Positions 11,751-25,274 are shown, counted from the first letter of the whole stretch. The stretch is DNA of 63,656 nt, filler included, from Octopus bimaculoides (GCF_001194135.2; 5 parts of 5 records of this genome joined end to end with filler, not necessarily neighbours in it); one strand, 5' to 3'. The notes: generated from the letters alone by a model not told the origin. Program-made: numbers and translations.

Positions 11751-12003
11751 CGGGGTTCTCAACCATTCTTTGCCTGTGGACCCCTTTGATTTCTATTCAA
11801 CTCTAATTACTAGACCCCATGGCCATTTGAAATTTTAAAAACCTCCCATTATATTTTTATAATTAAATGTTACATGTATTACAAAATTGTTAAAATATTT
11901 TGTGCCTTGTAGAAGTATAACGAATTTATTGCACTTGAATTTTAGCAACAAAATCTAATATGAATCCCCAAAGAGCATATAGACCTCTAGTTGAGGACCA
12001 CTA
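11751..12003. mobile_element. hAT (Charlie-like) MITE
   Basis: Imperfect TIRs cggggttctcaac / gttgaggaccacta; 8-bp flanks gtctaaat / atttaaat (6 of 8 match) as a decayed TSD. Confidence 0.65.
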
Positions 12004-12312
12004 ATTTAAATTACTGTCCATTATTTTACTTTGCCTCATCATAAGTAAATCTGGTTTATCTGGACATCTTATATTCAAATATATATCATAGATAACTTAA
12101 CTAACAATTGTTTTTGTATTAATGTTCAGTATTTACATGTTTATGAATTACTCATTTTGTTACAATGAAACCTACGGTGGAACATAAATCCACACAAAGG
12201 ACATTATTTCGTCAGAATTGTTTCGAGTGTCAAAGAACGAGTAGAATACTTATATCGATACACCTTACTATACACTTTGTGACGTTCTGCTTGAGTTAGA
12301 AAAATTTATTTA

Positions 12313-12361
<49 letters not shown>

Positions 12362-12392
12362 GCTGCTGCTGCTACTACTGCTGCTGCTGCTA
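12313..12392. repeat. (CTA)n(CTG)n microsatellite
   Basis: Direct inspection. Confidence 0.9.
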
Positions 12393-13011
12393 TTTTCGTC
12401 ACAAAACGGAGAATACTATACACAATGCGCGTGATATAAATAGAATAAACTCACGATGTAGAGAGTTTGATGTGTAGGAGTGATTAACAAAACTGTTTTC
12501 TTAATTGAGCTTCTGTGCATTTCCAGAATGTTCTGATAAACATGAGATAAATTTTCTTTTGTTGTGCCATCATTTTTTTTCCAAAGCGACACGTATTCTT
12601 AGAATAAAATTCTAAATTCAGATAAATATATTATATCGATTAATGCATTAACAGATATGCTTCGTATCTAAGACTATCCGTGATTTGTCGATTTGTTTCA
12701 AAATATCTTTAGTTTTCTTTTCAAATATCTTTTGAAACGAAAACGAAGAACGCTAGAAATATCGCCTTGTGGGTATTCTCAACAATAAATATATCCAGTT
12801 TCGACTCAACACAAAAGAAAATCATCATAGAATCAACCCATATATATATATATATATTTCTATTTTGTAAAAAGGAACATCAATATACATGTTACATACA
12901 CACTCAGAAACACATATACACATACCTATTATGTAAGTGTTTATATACATGCATACATACATATACATATATATGTGTGTGTGTATACATATACATACGC
13001 ACACACACACA

Positions 13012-13102
<91 letters not shown>

Positions 13103-13913
13103 TAAATTATAAATAGTATGATCCTTTTTGATATTGGTACGGGTGCTGTGAATCTCTGCTCACTACCTGGGTTTCAATTGTATATCAGTTGAACATTTAT
13201 AGTTGTAGTCGTCTTCTGATAGCATCCTTGATTACTATTATTATATATATCAGTTATTCTTATATATATTAATATATATTAACATATATATATGGTTCCG
13301 AATTGTAACAAAAAAACACAAAGGATTAACACAGGCGACAAACAAGGTGTATAAGCTTGACACTCAGGACAAGCAGTGAAACTGAATCCCAAAATAGGTG
13401 GTTGGAAAGGAAGACTCTGACCAAACAGACACGCTTGCGCTTATACATGATACACCTATGATGTACTGAAATTATATACGCACGAAGGGAAGCTAAAGTA
13501 CTCGCGTCGTAGTAAGTCCAAATGAGAAATAATGATATGGGAAAGAAACAAGAATTCTCTGAAATTAGCATATCATTAACAAAATGACAGTTTCATTGCC
13601 TATTGATAAAGGGAGAGTTGTGGATACGTTTACACTTATGTTCAATATATTTCAGCATATCATCTGCTGAAGTCAAAAGCCGATAAAAATGGTGAATGAC
13701 ATCTTTTGAGGCAGAAATATACCCCTAACCAGAACAACTGAAATACAATTATTAAAGCAGGGCGTGCATTGTGGGAGTTAGAAGGACATTTAGAAATAAG
13801 TAACAGGTATTAAGAAGTAAAACTGAATAACTTAGAAATACTATTTATATGTGTGTTTGTATATATCTTTATATATGTGTGTGTGTGTGTATGTGTGTGC
13901 GTATGTATATAAG

Positions 13914-13950
<37 letters not shown>

Positions 13951-14002
13951 GTATGTATATATATATGTAGACATGTATATATATATATATAATATATATA
14001 TA

Positions 14003-14059
<57 letters not shown>

Positions 14060-14295
14060 GTATGTNNNNNNNNNNNNNNNNNNNNNNNNNNNNNNNNNNN
14101 NNNNNNNNNNNNNNNNNNNNNNNNNNNNNNNNNNNNNNNNNNNNNNNNNNNNNNNNNNNNNNNNNNNNNNNNNNNNNNNNNNNNNNNNNNNNNNNNNNNN
14201 NNNNNNNNNNNNNNNNNNNNNNNNNNNNNNNNNNNNNNNNNNNNNNNNNNNNNNNNNNNNNNNNNNNNNNNNNNNNNNNNNNNNNNNNNNNNNNN

Positions 14296-14349
<54 letters not shown>

Positions 14350-14712
14350 ATGTATAATGTAAATGATCTAGAAAAGAAATCCAAACTGAAACTTTAATTT
14401 ATAGAATTGATTTAATAAACATTGTTTATGGTAGAGTGAAAAAGAAATAGGAAAAATACGAAATACCCTTGAGTTAAGTCACTAAACAAATTTGAAAATT
14501 GTAATAGAAAAGTGAATGTAAAAAAAAATGGACGCGTTGTACTTTTTAAAATATCGTACCTAATCTAATAAGATTGATGAAATTCATAAGATGAACTAGC
14601 AGAGGGATAACAATGATCAACATCTTGCTGCAGTGCGACTCGTTGTGACGTCACTAACTATGATCTAGCCATAATGCTGATGGTGACAAAAATACATTTA
14701 GTTATGTGTGGG

Positions 14713-15184
14713 CAGGGAGTTTGTTGTTTTATTACAAAGTTCTATTTTGTACTGATAATATAGTGGATCGTTGAAGTTTAATATAACATCTAAAAAGATA
14801 AATTTAGACACGCTAGTTTCAACGAGTATCAGCAGACCAATACAAGTAAGCACACGGTAATATTACTTTTCCTAGCGAGGTTTTTAGTGCCCTGTATGTT
14901 TTTTTAGTACTTAATTTTATTATGGTACCCACTTTGGAGTAGAACATCATTATAACAAATACAGGAATCTAAGAAGATATTTCTTAGCATAAATCTTTAT
15001 TATCCTAAACGAAATATTTTATCTACATTATTGATTATATTTTTAGGATATAGTCTCAGGGAGTTTGTTGTTTTATTACAAAGTTCTATTTTGTACTGAG
15101 AATATACTGGATCGTTGAAGTTTAATATAACATCTAAAAAGATAAATTTAGACACGCTAGTTTCAACGAGTATCAGCAGACCAA
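14713..15184. repeat. 128-bp direct duplication (14713-14840 and 15057-15184), possibly within a decayed Penelope-like RT fragment
   Basis: The two copies differ at 2 positions; the minus strand reads FLDVILNFN, similar to the Penelope RT FLDV motif. Confidence 0.8.
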
Positions 15185-15753
15185 AACCATCGATAAAAGT
15201 CTGTTAACCATATTTGGGATCAGTTAGCTTTTTGCGAGTAAAAGTTACATATGGAAAATGGTGTTATCTTCAAATATAGAATCTAAGGAAATTCGTATAT
15301 AATTCAGAGTGATATAATTAATTCAACTATATCATTAACTTCAACAAAGTCTCCCCAGTTTTTCCTACATCCTATCGTTAAAATAAGAGAAAGGACTTTT
15401 GTAATTAAAGTGCCTTGTAAATAAAGTCCTTAAAATTAATTTTCGGTTTTCGCACTTATTAGTATTATATAATTGTTGTAGAGAGATGAAAGAGTCGTAA
15501 TCTGTTATGTCTAACTAATATTTATAAGTAGGTTTAGAGAAATTGATAGAAAGAAATCTATGATGTTTTGTATAACATTCTATAATTATAGACACGAAAC
15601 TAGGTTACATTACCTAATTAGGTTAATGCCAATTGCGTTTGTTAACCTAAGTGAAATGTTAATTTCCAATAATTCTGATAGCGCTTAAGTGTAAAGCAAG
15701 GATGTTTAAGTGCAGTAATTCATTTCTCTCCATTGGTAATATTCTGGCTATGT

Positions 15754-16180
15754 AAGGCGGTGAGCTAGCAGAAACGTTACCATGCCGGGAAAAATGTGTA
15801 GCATCATTTCGTCTGTCTTTACGTTCTGAATTCCAATTCTGCACCGAGAGTGACTTTGTCTTTCATCGTTTTTGCGTTCGATAAAATAAGTACCTGTTGA
15901 GGATAGCGGTCGATGTAATCGACCAAATTTACTGGCCTTGTGTCAAAATTTGAAACCAATATTTTGGCCATGTTAGAGGACGAGATGGAAAAATCATTGA
16001 CACACCCAGCAAAATGCTTAGCAGCATTTCGTCCGTCTTTACGTCTGAGTTCAACTTCCGCCGGGTTCGACTTTGAATTCCATCCTTTCGGGGTCGATAA
16101 AATAAGACTGTAGTCGATGGAATCGATTTACACTCTCGACCTACCCCTCCCCTGTACTAGCAGAAACCCATATTTTGGCC
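15754..16180 (+). mobile_element. Two tandem family-B SINEs
   Basis: aaggcggtgagctagcagaaacgtt head; the core is repeated at about 15975-16170. Confidence 0.8.
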
Positions 16181-16789
16181 CTTGGATATTGATAACATTT
16201 TAAAATACGATACGTCTTCTATACTTAGTGATAATTTCATTCATTAAAATATGCATTAAGTAAGTTTAATGTTTTGGGGGAAATCAATTGGATTTGGCGG
16301 GTTGGTAAAATGTGTTTTATATTATCTAACTTTTGAGGGTTTTTCATTTGCGATGGGCTTTGTAAGAATTTAATATCATTGATCTATTAGGAATTTAATG
16401 GATTTAAATTCATAGTTTAGAATATAGCTAATTTTGCATCAGAGTAACGAATTATAATCGTCAGCAGCTTCATCTTTTTATGAAATAATTGTTTTTAAAC
16501 ATAGAATATTTCAGTTATATCTAATAAAATGTGTAATATAGAAGGCATTAATTTATTGATTTAAACGATCAGGAAACTGTAATAAAGAAACTAACACTTG
16601 TTCTGCAGAATATATTAAATATTTATTTTGTACTTACAACTACGCGGTTGTTTTCTCTGAGATATTCAACGTAATGTCACTAATATCCCCAATTCATAAA
16701 TAGAAAGCAAAAAATGATAACGATGTCAATTATCGGGAAAGGTGGGATAAATGTCAAAGAACAAGACAGATATCATTTTATTTTTTTAT

Positions 16790-16960
16790 GCTTTTACTTG
16801 TTTCAGTCATTCAACTGCAGCCAAGCTGGGTTACCTCGTTGAAGAATGTTATCGGATGCTGAAGCAGAACCGCTAGGTTAAGAGGACATAAACGCACCAA
16901 CACGGGTTGAGAAGCGGTGGTGGTGAACAATCATAGACACAAACACACACATGCATATAT
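16790..16960 (-). mobile_element. Degenerate SINE family A tail
   Basis: cttgtttcagtcatt.actgc.gcca.gctgg matches the reverse complement of the tail. Confidence 0.65.
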
Positions 16961-16964
16961 ATAT

Positions 16965-16995
<31 letters not shown>

Positions 16996-17040
16996 GTGGC
17001 CTAACATGTAGAAAACTAGTCAATAGACTATATGTTATTC

Positions 17041-17580
17041 ATATAAATACAGTGTACATTTAAACGCATAAGAGATGACAATCATAGGACACCTAGTACG
17101 CTAGAAGGAGTAGCCAAAATTCAAACCACTATTAGGGATAAATTTCGAAGTGAATGAAAAAAGAAACGTTTATCATCTATCTTCTGGGCCATGATTTCGA
17201 ACTCTAAATTAGCAAATAAAGTAATTTGCTAGGCGACAAGCAGGGACGCCAAGATTAACATATAAATACAAGGCAATACAGTATATGCCTCGAGCCTACA
17301 TATTATAACTTTTCAAATCCACCGCACAAGCGCAGTTTTTTGTCGATAGCAAATTGACAAAAATGCCAACTAGCTTCGAAAATTTACCTAGCAAATTACT
17401 TTATTTACTAATTTAGAGTTGGAAACCATGCTGCAGGTGATAGATGGTAAATGTTTATTTTTTTTTCATTCCCTTCGAAATGTATCCCTAATAGTGGTTT
17501 GGATTTTGGCTACTTCTTCTAGCATGCTACGTGTCCTATGATGGTCATCTCTTATGTGCTTAAATGTATACTGTATATAT
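17041..17580. mobile_element. Fold-back/MITE-like element with inverted arms of about 193 bp (17041-17233, 17387-17580)
   Basis: The arms are imperfect reverse complements; related sequence occurs at about 5040-5320. Confidence 0.75.
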
Positions 17581-18497
17581 ATATATATATATATATNNNN
17601 NNNNNNNNNNNNNNNNNNNNNNNNNNNNNNNNNNNNNNNNNNNNNNNNNNNNNNNNNNNNNNNNNNNNNNNNNNNNNNNNNNNNNNNNNNNNNNNNNNNN
17701 NNNNNNNNNNNNNNNNNNNNNNNNNNNNNNNNNNNNNNNNNNNNNNNNNNNNNNNNNNNNNNNNNNNNNNNNNNNNNNNNNNNNNNNNNNNNNNNNNNNN
17801 NNNNNNNNNNNNNNNNNNNNNNNNNNNNNNNNNNNNNNNNNNNTTTATATCTAAGATATAAGTTGCTTTTGAAACAGTTCACAGAGACATTCCAAAAACG
17901 TGGGGTTTGGGGAATTAGTGTATGTTGAAGGATACGGGAGAGGGAAAACAATTTGCCTTAACAATTAAATTTATAAACCCTAGAATAACGAGAAAAAGTG
18001 CGTAAAATTAAGTTAGTAAATCTGCGTAAATAATATTTGAAAAGCTCTTATGTAATGTTGTATCACTACATATGAATATAGTTAAATGTGTCAAAAAACA
18101 TTTTAACGTTTTAAGCAACATTTAAATATATTTATGCGGTTAACTCAAAAAAAATAAAGAAATAATTTTGAAAATCAATAAACATGAAGGAAAAAGTAAA
18201 TACGTAATATTTTAATATTAGCTAATTTTATATTAAATAATTAAAGACCTGGAATTTATAAGAAGAGATAAATATATACATTAAAAATATATTGCTAATA
18301 GATAGGAATTCTAAATATGGATACAAAAAAATTAGGGTGGGTGGAAAAGTTAAAATAATGTATTTATGCGTAAAATACTTTCACAAATAACTAAGCAGAT
18401 TATATTTTGGAATTATTCATGATAATTCTATGGATTGTGTTAGGAAAAGGAAACTATAAAAAGATAATAATAGTTATAGCAAGTTAATGTATATTCC

Positions 18498-18535
<38 letters not shown>

Positions 18536-19525
18536 GTATATACATATATGTATGTGTGTATGTGTGTGTGCATGTGTGTATATGCATATATGTGTGTATA
18601 TATGTATGTATAAATAGATAGATACACGCGTATGTATCGTTATGAAAACATATGCCTACACGCACGCAGTATTTTATACATATATGTATAATAGATATTT
18701 GTTCTGAGTTAATATCTCTTATGGACGTGATTTTCCAAAACCACAATATATATTAGAGGGAGACGTGATTAAAGAGAACGGATTGGTGCATTTCCTTTGT
18801 TTGGGTCTCTTCAATGGCAACGAATCAAACTAATATCATATATATTATATATGTACGCACACACGCGCACACATACTCACACACACATACTCACACACAC
18901 ATACTCACACACACACATACTCACATACACATACATACATACACACGTTTTCCATTTTCCTTTACCAAACCTCATGATATTGCTTCTAATAAATGTTGAT
19001 TTTTATGACAGATACTGCCCTTTATTCTCTCAGCCTTAGATACACAAGGATTTGATAAACTAATCTATTAATTGAAACTGACCCCATAAAAACAAATAAA
19101 ATCAGTGACAGGCAGAGTCTTCTTGATAATTTAGTAACTCATATGCTGTAGTAGGGTCAACATGTTATTTGTATCTCTCCTTAACTTCTTGGAGATTTTA
19201 GGTATAATTATACTAATGTGTCTATCTGTTCTAATTTAATTAAATTATGTGTCTTTATGCAGCTGAGGATTGCTCTGCATTTTAAATTGATGTAATGATT
19301 GCATCGTTCAATTAAATGGGGTTGCATGAAACGATCGTACTGCATTATCTCTGGATATCCTTGTTGCTTATTTTGATTATATATATATATATATATATAT
19401 ATGCATGTATGTATGTGTGTATATATATATATAGGAGAGAATATACAAATAATAACAACAGACGAGGACAGGTGGTGTAAATAACAAAAGTATATATTAG
19501 TATGACGCTCGGGAATACGGAAAGT

Positions 19526-19560
19526 CTTTGACGTTTCGAGCTACGCTCTTCAACAGAAAG
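19526..19560 (-). ncRNA. Minimal hammerhead-like motif, same family as 4890-4924, core mutated (CTGTTGA)
   Basis: RC = cttt CTGTTGA a gagc gta gctc GAAA cgt C aaag. Confidence 0.45.
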
Positions 19561-19699
19561 AATACGGAGACAAGGAGAAAAACACGGAGAAAAAAANNNN
19601 NNNNNNNNNNNNNNNNNNNNNNNNNNNNNNNNNNNNNNNNTTAATTAATTAANNNNNNNNNNNNNNNNNNNNNNNNNNNNNNNNNNNNNNNNNNNNTAT

Positions 19700-20120
19700 A
19701 TACACTAAAGCCGTCAGTAAAAAAAATGTGGACGATCTAACTGCGGTATATGCCTCACCTTATTTGAGAGATCAGAGTTCTCTTTCAAATAGGGTCAACG
19801 TTTTACAGTGAATAGCAACTTCACATGTGCTTCAGAGAACTTGATATATGTATTAAACTTGTTCTGGGTGTCGAGAGCAATACATAGACCGAACCAAAAA
19901 CAGTCTACGTTAAAGGATGGCTCTACATAGATCCCAGATCAAAATTCGGAAATACAGAAATATAGCATTCAGCGAACACATCGACATTTGCGCCAATAAC
20001 AAACAACCCAGCTTCAGAATTGTTCTCCTCTATCAATTCAGGGACGATGCAACCTGTAGTCAGCGCATTAGTAAAGAGTCATCACAAAACATAAACCCCC
20101 CTTGAATGCGTCCACCACAA
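19700..20120 (+). mobile_element. Decayed Penelope-like GIY-YIG endonuclease fragment
   Basis: Translation FTCASENLIYV..., matching the PLE motif FTC.S.N.IY.I.C; frameshifted. Confidence 0.6.
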
Positions 20121-21193
20121 ATGACACTATTAAAAGAGCTTTAGAATGATACCCATGCAAATATTAAAAACAATATGCTCAGAACAGTCACTACCCGTCA
20201 ATTTATTCAAAACAATTCCAATCACTACTACTACAACCACAACGGGTCACTTTTAGGTCACTTGATCATTGAAGATGATTCCACGAACATCCTACTACCA
20301 CCATACCACTCCCGCATTGTTCTCCTCTCCTTCTTCTCCTCCTCCTCCGACTTCTTCTTCTTCTTTGTCATCTCCATTCGCAAATCCTACTGCTGCTTAA
20401 GCAATCAAAATCAAGAATTCATATCAAATATTAGGACTGCTACTACCTGTTGTCCACTACCTAGAACTCACATAAGTAAAAGAAGACAGAGACAGACAGA
20501 ATAAAGGAAAATGTCCCTTGCATTTGAAAACTATGGAAATATCTTTTAAAAAAACATTTCATTTAATTTTTCCACAATTTAATTGTTTGTTATGCTTTGC
20601 TCTAAGTTGAAAAAGTCGCAAAGACTGGAACCGTTACCAAGATGTCGTTCATGATAAAATTATTTTAGCATTTTCTATCTTGTCTTATTTTCTTTATATN
20701 NNNNNNNNNNNNNNNNNNNNNNNNNNNNNNNNNNNNNNNNNNNNNNNNNNNNNNNNNNNNNNNNNNNNNNNNNNNNNNNNNNNNNNNNNNNNNNNNNNNN
20801 NNNNNNNNNNNNNNNNNNNNNNNNNNNNNNNNNNNNNNNNNNNNNNNNNNNNNNNNNNNNNNNNNNNNNNNNNNNNNNNNNNNNNNNNNNNNNNNNNNNN
20901 NNNNNNNNNNNNNNNNNNNNNNNNNNNNNNNNNNNNNNNNNNNNNNNNNNNNNNNNNNNNNNNNNNNNNNNNNNNNNNNNNNNNNNNNNNNNNNNNNNNN
21001 NNNNNNNNNNNNNNNNNNNNNNNNNNNNNNNNNNNNNNNNNNNNNNNNNNNNNNNNNNNNNNNNNNNNNNNNNNNNNNNNNNNNNNNNNNNNNNNNNNNN
21101 NNNNNNNNNNNNNNNNNNNNNNNNNNNNNNNNNNNNNNNNNNNNNNNNNNNNNNNNNNNNNNNNNNNNNNNNNNNNNNNNNNNNNNNNNNNNN

Positions 21194-21266
21194 TATGTGT
21201 ATGTATGTATGTATATATATATAGAGAGAGAGAGAGAGACAGAGACAGAGAGAGACAGAGAGAGAC

Positions 21267-21352
<86 letters not shown>
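21194..21352. repeat. Compound (GA)n(GACA)n(GATA)n microsatellite
   Basis: Direct inspection. Confidence 0.95.
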
Positions 21353-21353
<1 letters not shown>

Positions 21354-21704
21354 TGCGCAGATGTATAGACATTATTCATACGGACCTAAATATCTGCACA
21401 GACATTTTAATAATACGAAAAGACAATATGAATATAGAAAGACAATTGTGACAATTACTAAATAATTGGAGACGCTACAAGCAACATACAAGAATTTAAT
21501 AAAAATAATTTCTAATATAAATACACATGGGTCGGTCTTATTTTTTATTAATTTTTTTCTGTACACATCTGAGATCTTTGCAGGGCATGAACGCCTAAGG
21601 AAGAATGAACTATGAGTACTCAATGGTTGTGTTTGATTCGCTTCATCATCTAGCCACCTTCGATTACGCGTCACCGAAATTCTGGCTGTTGTTATATAGT
21701 CGCT

Positions 21705-21845
21705 GGCGTGGCTTAGTGGTAAGAAGTTTGCTTCCCTACCACATGGTCTCAGGTTCATTCCCACTGCGTGGCACCTTAGCCAAGTGACTTCTAACACACC
21801 CTGCGGCCGACCAAAGGCCTGTCAGTTTATTTGGTAGACGAGAAC
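21705..21845 (+). mobile_element. SINE family A head fragment
   Basis: ggcgtggcttagtggtaagaagtttgc...cccactgcgtggcacctt...ggccgaccaaaggc. Confidence 0.75.
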
Positions 21846-22223
21846 TAATATCACCAATATCATGTTAGATGAATTAAAAGAATTATGAATATACCAAAAC
21901 AGAGTTTAATATATTTACCAATTAATGAACCAGACATACTATGTCTAGTTCATTAACTGATACATACAGAAATGAAAGAATAAGTTAGGAAGGAATATTA
22001 CAGAACCATTAGATTTACGCTTAAAACACTTATAAATGAGAAAATATAATAGCTGTTAATTAGCGACTTGTAATAAATTATAGCAATATTCTTTTCGAGT
22101 TAGCAGTAAATGAATTAACAATATTTGGAAGGAAGAGAGATAAAATAAGTATTGACTTTTGAATATACCAGATAAAATCTGGCACGGGAATATATTTACC
22201 GCGTTCATAGATAAGTAATAGCG

Positions 22224-22540
22224 AAGGCACGTGGTTTAGTAGTTAGGGTAATCGGCTTACGATCGTAAATTTGCGTGTTGAACTCCTGGCGACGCGCTGT
22301 GTCCTTGAGCAAGACACTTTATTTCACGTTGCTCTTGTCTACTCAGCTGGCAAAAATGAGTAGTACCAGTATTTCAAAGGGCCAGCCTTGTCACACTCTA
22401 TGTCGCGCCGAATCTCCCTGAGAACTATGTTAAGTGTACACGTGTCTGTGGAGTCCTCAGCCACATGCATGTTTATTTCATGAGCAGGCAGTTCTGTTAA
22501 TCGGATCAACAAGAACCCTCGTCGTCGTGATGCCATCAAA
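22224..22540 (+). mobile_element. Full-length SINE, family C
   Basis: tRNA-like head (ggcacgtggtttagtagttagggta) with a body shared by 58430-58570. Confidence 0.8.
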
Positions 22541-22544
22541 GTGA

Positions 22545-23020
22545 GAGACTGGGGTACAAATATACGAAGCCCAATGATATGCATCATGTTGCGTGTCTGA
22601 TAAGGATACACTAGGCACATGCATGACGACCATATGTGCGTAACATGGTGATCTAATATCAAGATAAACAGCGCATGACCTTGCAGGTGGGGCCTAGTTA
22701 GAATTTTCTTCAAGTCGAGTAGCTCATCTCGCTCAAAAGGTCCCTGAATAAGGCTTGTTTAAGGATGTCGAATGAAACACTCATGTTTCCAGAGGTGAAT
22801 TATTCAAATCCCAAAGAATTCCTCTCAACACATAGTTATGATGCTCCCATACTACTCCTGCTCGTTATCAGAGATGCACTTATTGTCAGCCACCAAGGTC
22901 AAGCAACTGATAACCGAATCTGTGATATTGAACAGAATATATTTGCGGTAGCCCATTTTTTTGCACAAAGACAAAACAATATACATGACAATATTTCCAA
23001 TTAGTTAAGATTAGAAGACA
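22545..23020 (+). mobile_element. Unclassified interspersed repeat of about 500 bp
   Basis: Homologous to 5785-6640. Confidence 0.75.
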
Positions 23021-23059
23021 CGAGAGACAGTGCTTAAAACTGAATCAGGGTTATTAAAG

Positions 23060-23272
23060 CAGCAAGCTGGCAGAATCGTTAGCCCCCCCCGAACAAAATA
23101 CTTAGGGGCATTTCGTCCGTTGTAACGTTCTGATTTCAAATTCCACCGGGGTCGACTTTGCCTTTCATCCATTCTGGGTCGATAAAATAAGTACCGATTG
23201 TGTACTGGGGCCGATGTAATCGACTATACCCCTCCCCCAAATTTCAGGCCCTTTGCCTATGGTAGAAAGGAT
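23060..23272 (+). mobile_element. SINE family B
   Basis: gcaagctggcagaatcgttag...gtcgactttgcctttcatcc...gtagaaaggatt tail. Confidence 0.85.
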
Positions 23273-25265
23273 TATTATTATTATTATTATTATTATTATT
23301 GTTGTTGTTGTTGTTGTTATTATTATTTTGGTTTGGCTCAGGTTTGGTCTGATTCCTGGTAGAGTTTATGTAGGTATCCACAAGTCTTCAGCTGTCTTTC
23401 AAATGCTTAGAACCCTCCTGATAATCCTTGTTGTCCTTAAGAGACAAACTTTCTGTCGGAGCTCTACCGGCATTTTATTCCAATCTCCTTCGGGCATTTA
23501 TAACTATCTTTGCTTACTGTTCCCAGCACACCGATTATCATAGGCACGACTTTACTCTTTTTTATGCTCCAAATCCTTCCTATTTTAAATTTTAAGGGAT
23601 TATCTTTTTTTCCGTCCTGTCTTTGCGACCCTGGAATCATACGGGCATAATTAGTCGATCAGTAAGAAATTTCGCTTTTCCTTATCAATATTTGTTATGT
23701 TCAGTCTGTCATTTTCTAACTTTAAAAAGGAAAGTCCCACAAAATCTTACATTTCTCTGACTCCAGTACATTTTCGATACGGTGATCGTACCATGTATTT
23801 CCAGCTTCAAATCCCCATTTTTGTTAGAGTTTCCGGTGTAAAACTCTTACAGCCTGGTCGTGCCTCCATTTCTTATATTCTTCCTGTGCCAACTTGGGGC
23901 ATTCTTCTACAAAGTGTACCACTGTCTTGTTCCAAGTTCCATAGGCTCTACATTTATCTGACACATTCTCTCCATTTATATTTTTTCTCGTTTTTTTCTT
24001 TTTTACCGCTTGATCTTGGGCTGCTACAATTAGGCTTCATGTTTCTTCTTTTAATTGCCCTTGTTTTTAACCAAGTCCAGGATTTTGTTCCACATATGTC
24101 TTCAGTGGCTCCCCAAAATTGGCCATGGAGGGGTTTCTCTTCAATCTGTCTGATGTGCTCTCTTTGTATTTCATTCTTGTCCTTTTCTTTTCTTCTATTA
24201 CGTGCTTGATCCTCTGTTCTTTAGTTACTGTCTTAAGTACTTTTTTTTGTGCTGCTCTGTAAATAATCTACTGGGCTTTTTCTTTCCATCTCTACACATT
24301 CTTCTAGTCCTATTAAGCCTCTTCCATCCTGGTCTCTCCAAAAGTACAACCGGTTGATACCAGCTTTCGGATGGTGGGCTCCATAAATTGTCAACAACTT
24401 TCCAGTTTTTCTGTCAAGTTTATTTCCATCCTTTTTGGTCCAGGCTATAATTCCAACTCCATATATGATTACGGTTATTGCTCTTAAATGTATTACTTCA
24501 ATAATAGTTTCTTTTAATTCAGCTTTGACTGCAATAATTTTCTTACTGCCGCTGTGTACTTTCTACTGGTCATTTGTTACATTTCATTTTTTAAAAATCT
24601 CGTCTGCTTCCAGTATTCCCAAGTACTTATACCTCTGTTCTTTCTCAACTGCTCTCATTGTTTGCCTATTTGGCATTTCAATTCCCTGGCTTCTTTCAAA
24701 TCTTCCTCGTTTACTTTTCAATATAGTGCACTTTTCTATCCCAAATTCCATACTTACGTTATTTGAGAAAAAGCTGTTTCTCTTTTTTTGCATAAACCTT
24801 TATATCATCCATGAAAAGGAGATGCTTTATCTGACCATTTCCTTTTCCCAAACCGTAAGTAATTTTAACTTTGCGTAGTATCATAGCGAGTGGTCTTATG
24901 GCCAATACGAATAGTAATGGAGATAAGCTATCACGTTGGAATATTCCACGTCTGAAGTTTACTTCTCCGAGCTTGTATTTTCCTCCGATCAATTCAGTAT
25001 TCCAATGTTTTATACTTTCATTAAGCATTTTCTCCATGTTTTTTGCTATTCCAGACATACTCACTGTTTTCCTTATCCAACCGTGTGGTACCATGTCATA
25101 TGTTTTTGTGTAATCTAGCCACGCTACCTCAATCAGCGTGTACAGTTTCTAATTATCATTTTATCAATCAACAAATGATCTTTTGTTGCCCTACTGTTTC
25201 CTGCATCCTTTCTGCTCTTCTGATAGTAGATTGTTACTTTCCAGATGGTTGCATAACTCTTCCGC
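23272..25265 (-). mobile_element. 5'-truncated R4/Dong-type non-LTR retrotransposon (RT and RLE region), frameshifted, ending in (TAA)n
   Basis: RT motifs GIFQRDSLSPLLFVLA, HLLFMDDIKVY, FGIEKC and YKYLGILE in ORFs 24759-25094 and 24584-24793. Confidence 0.9.
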
Positions 25266-25274
25266 TAATACACC

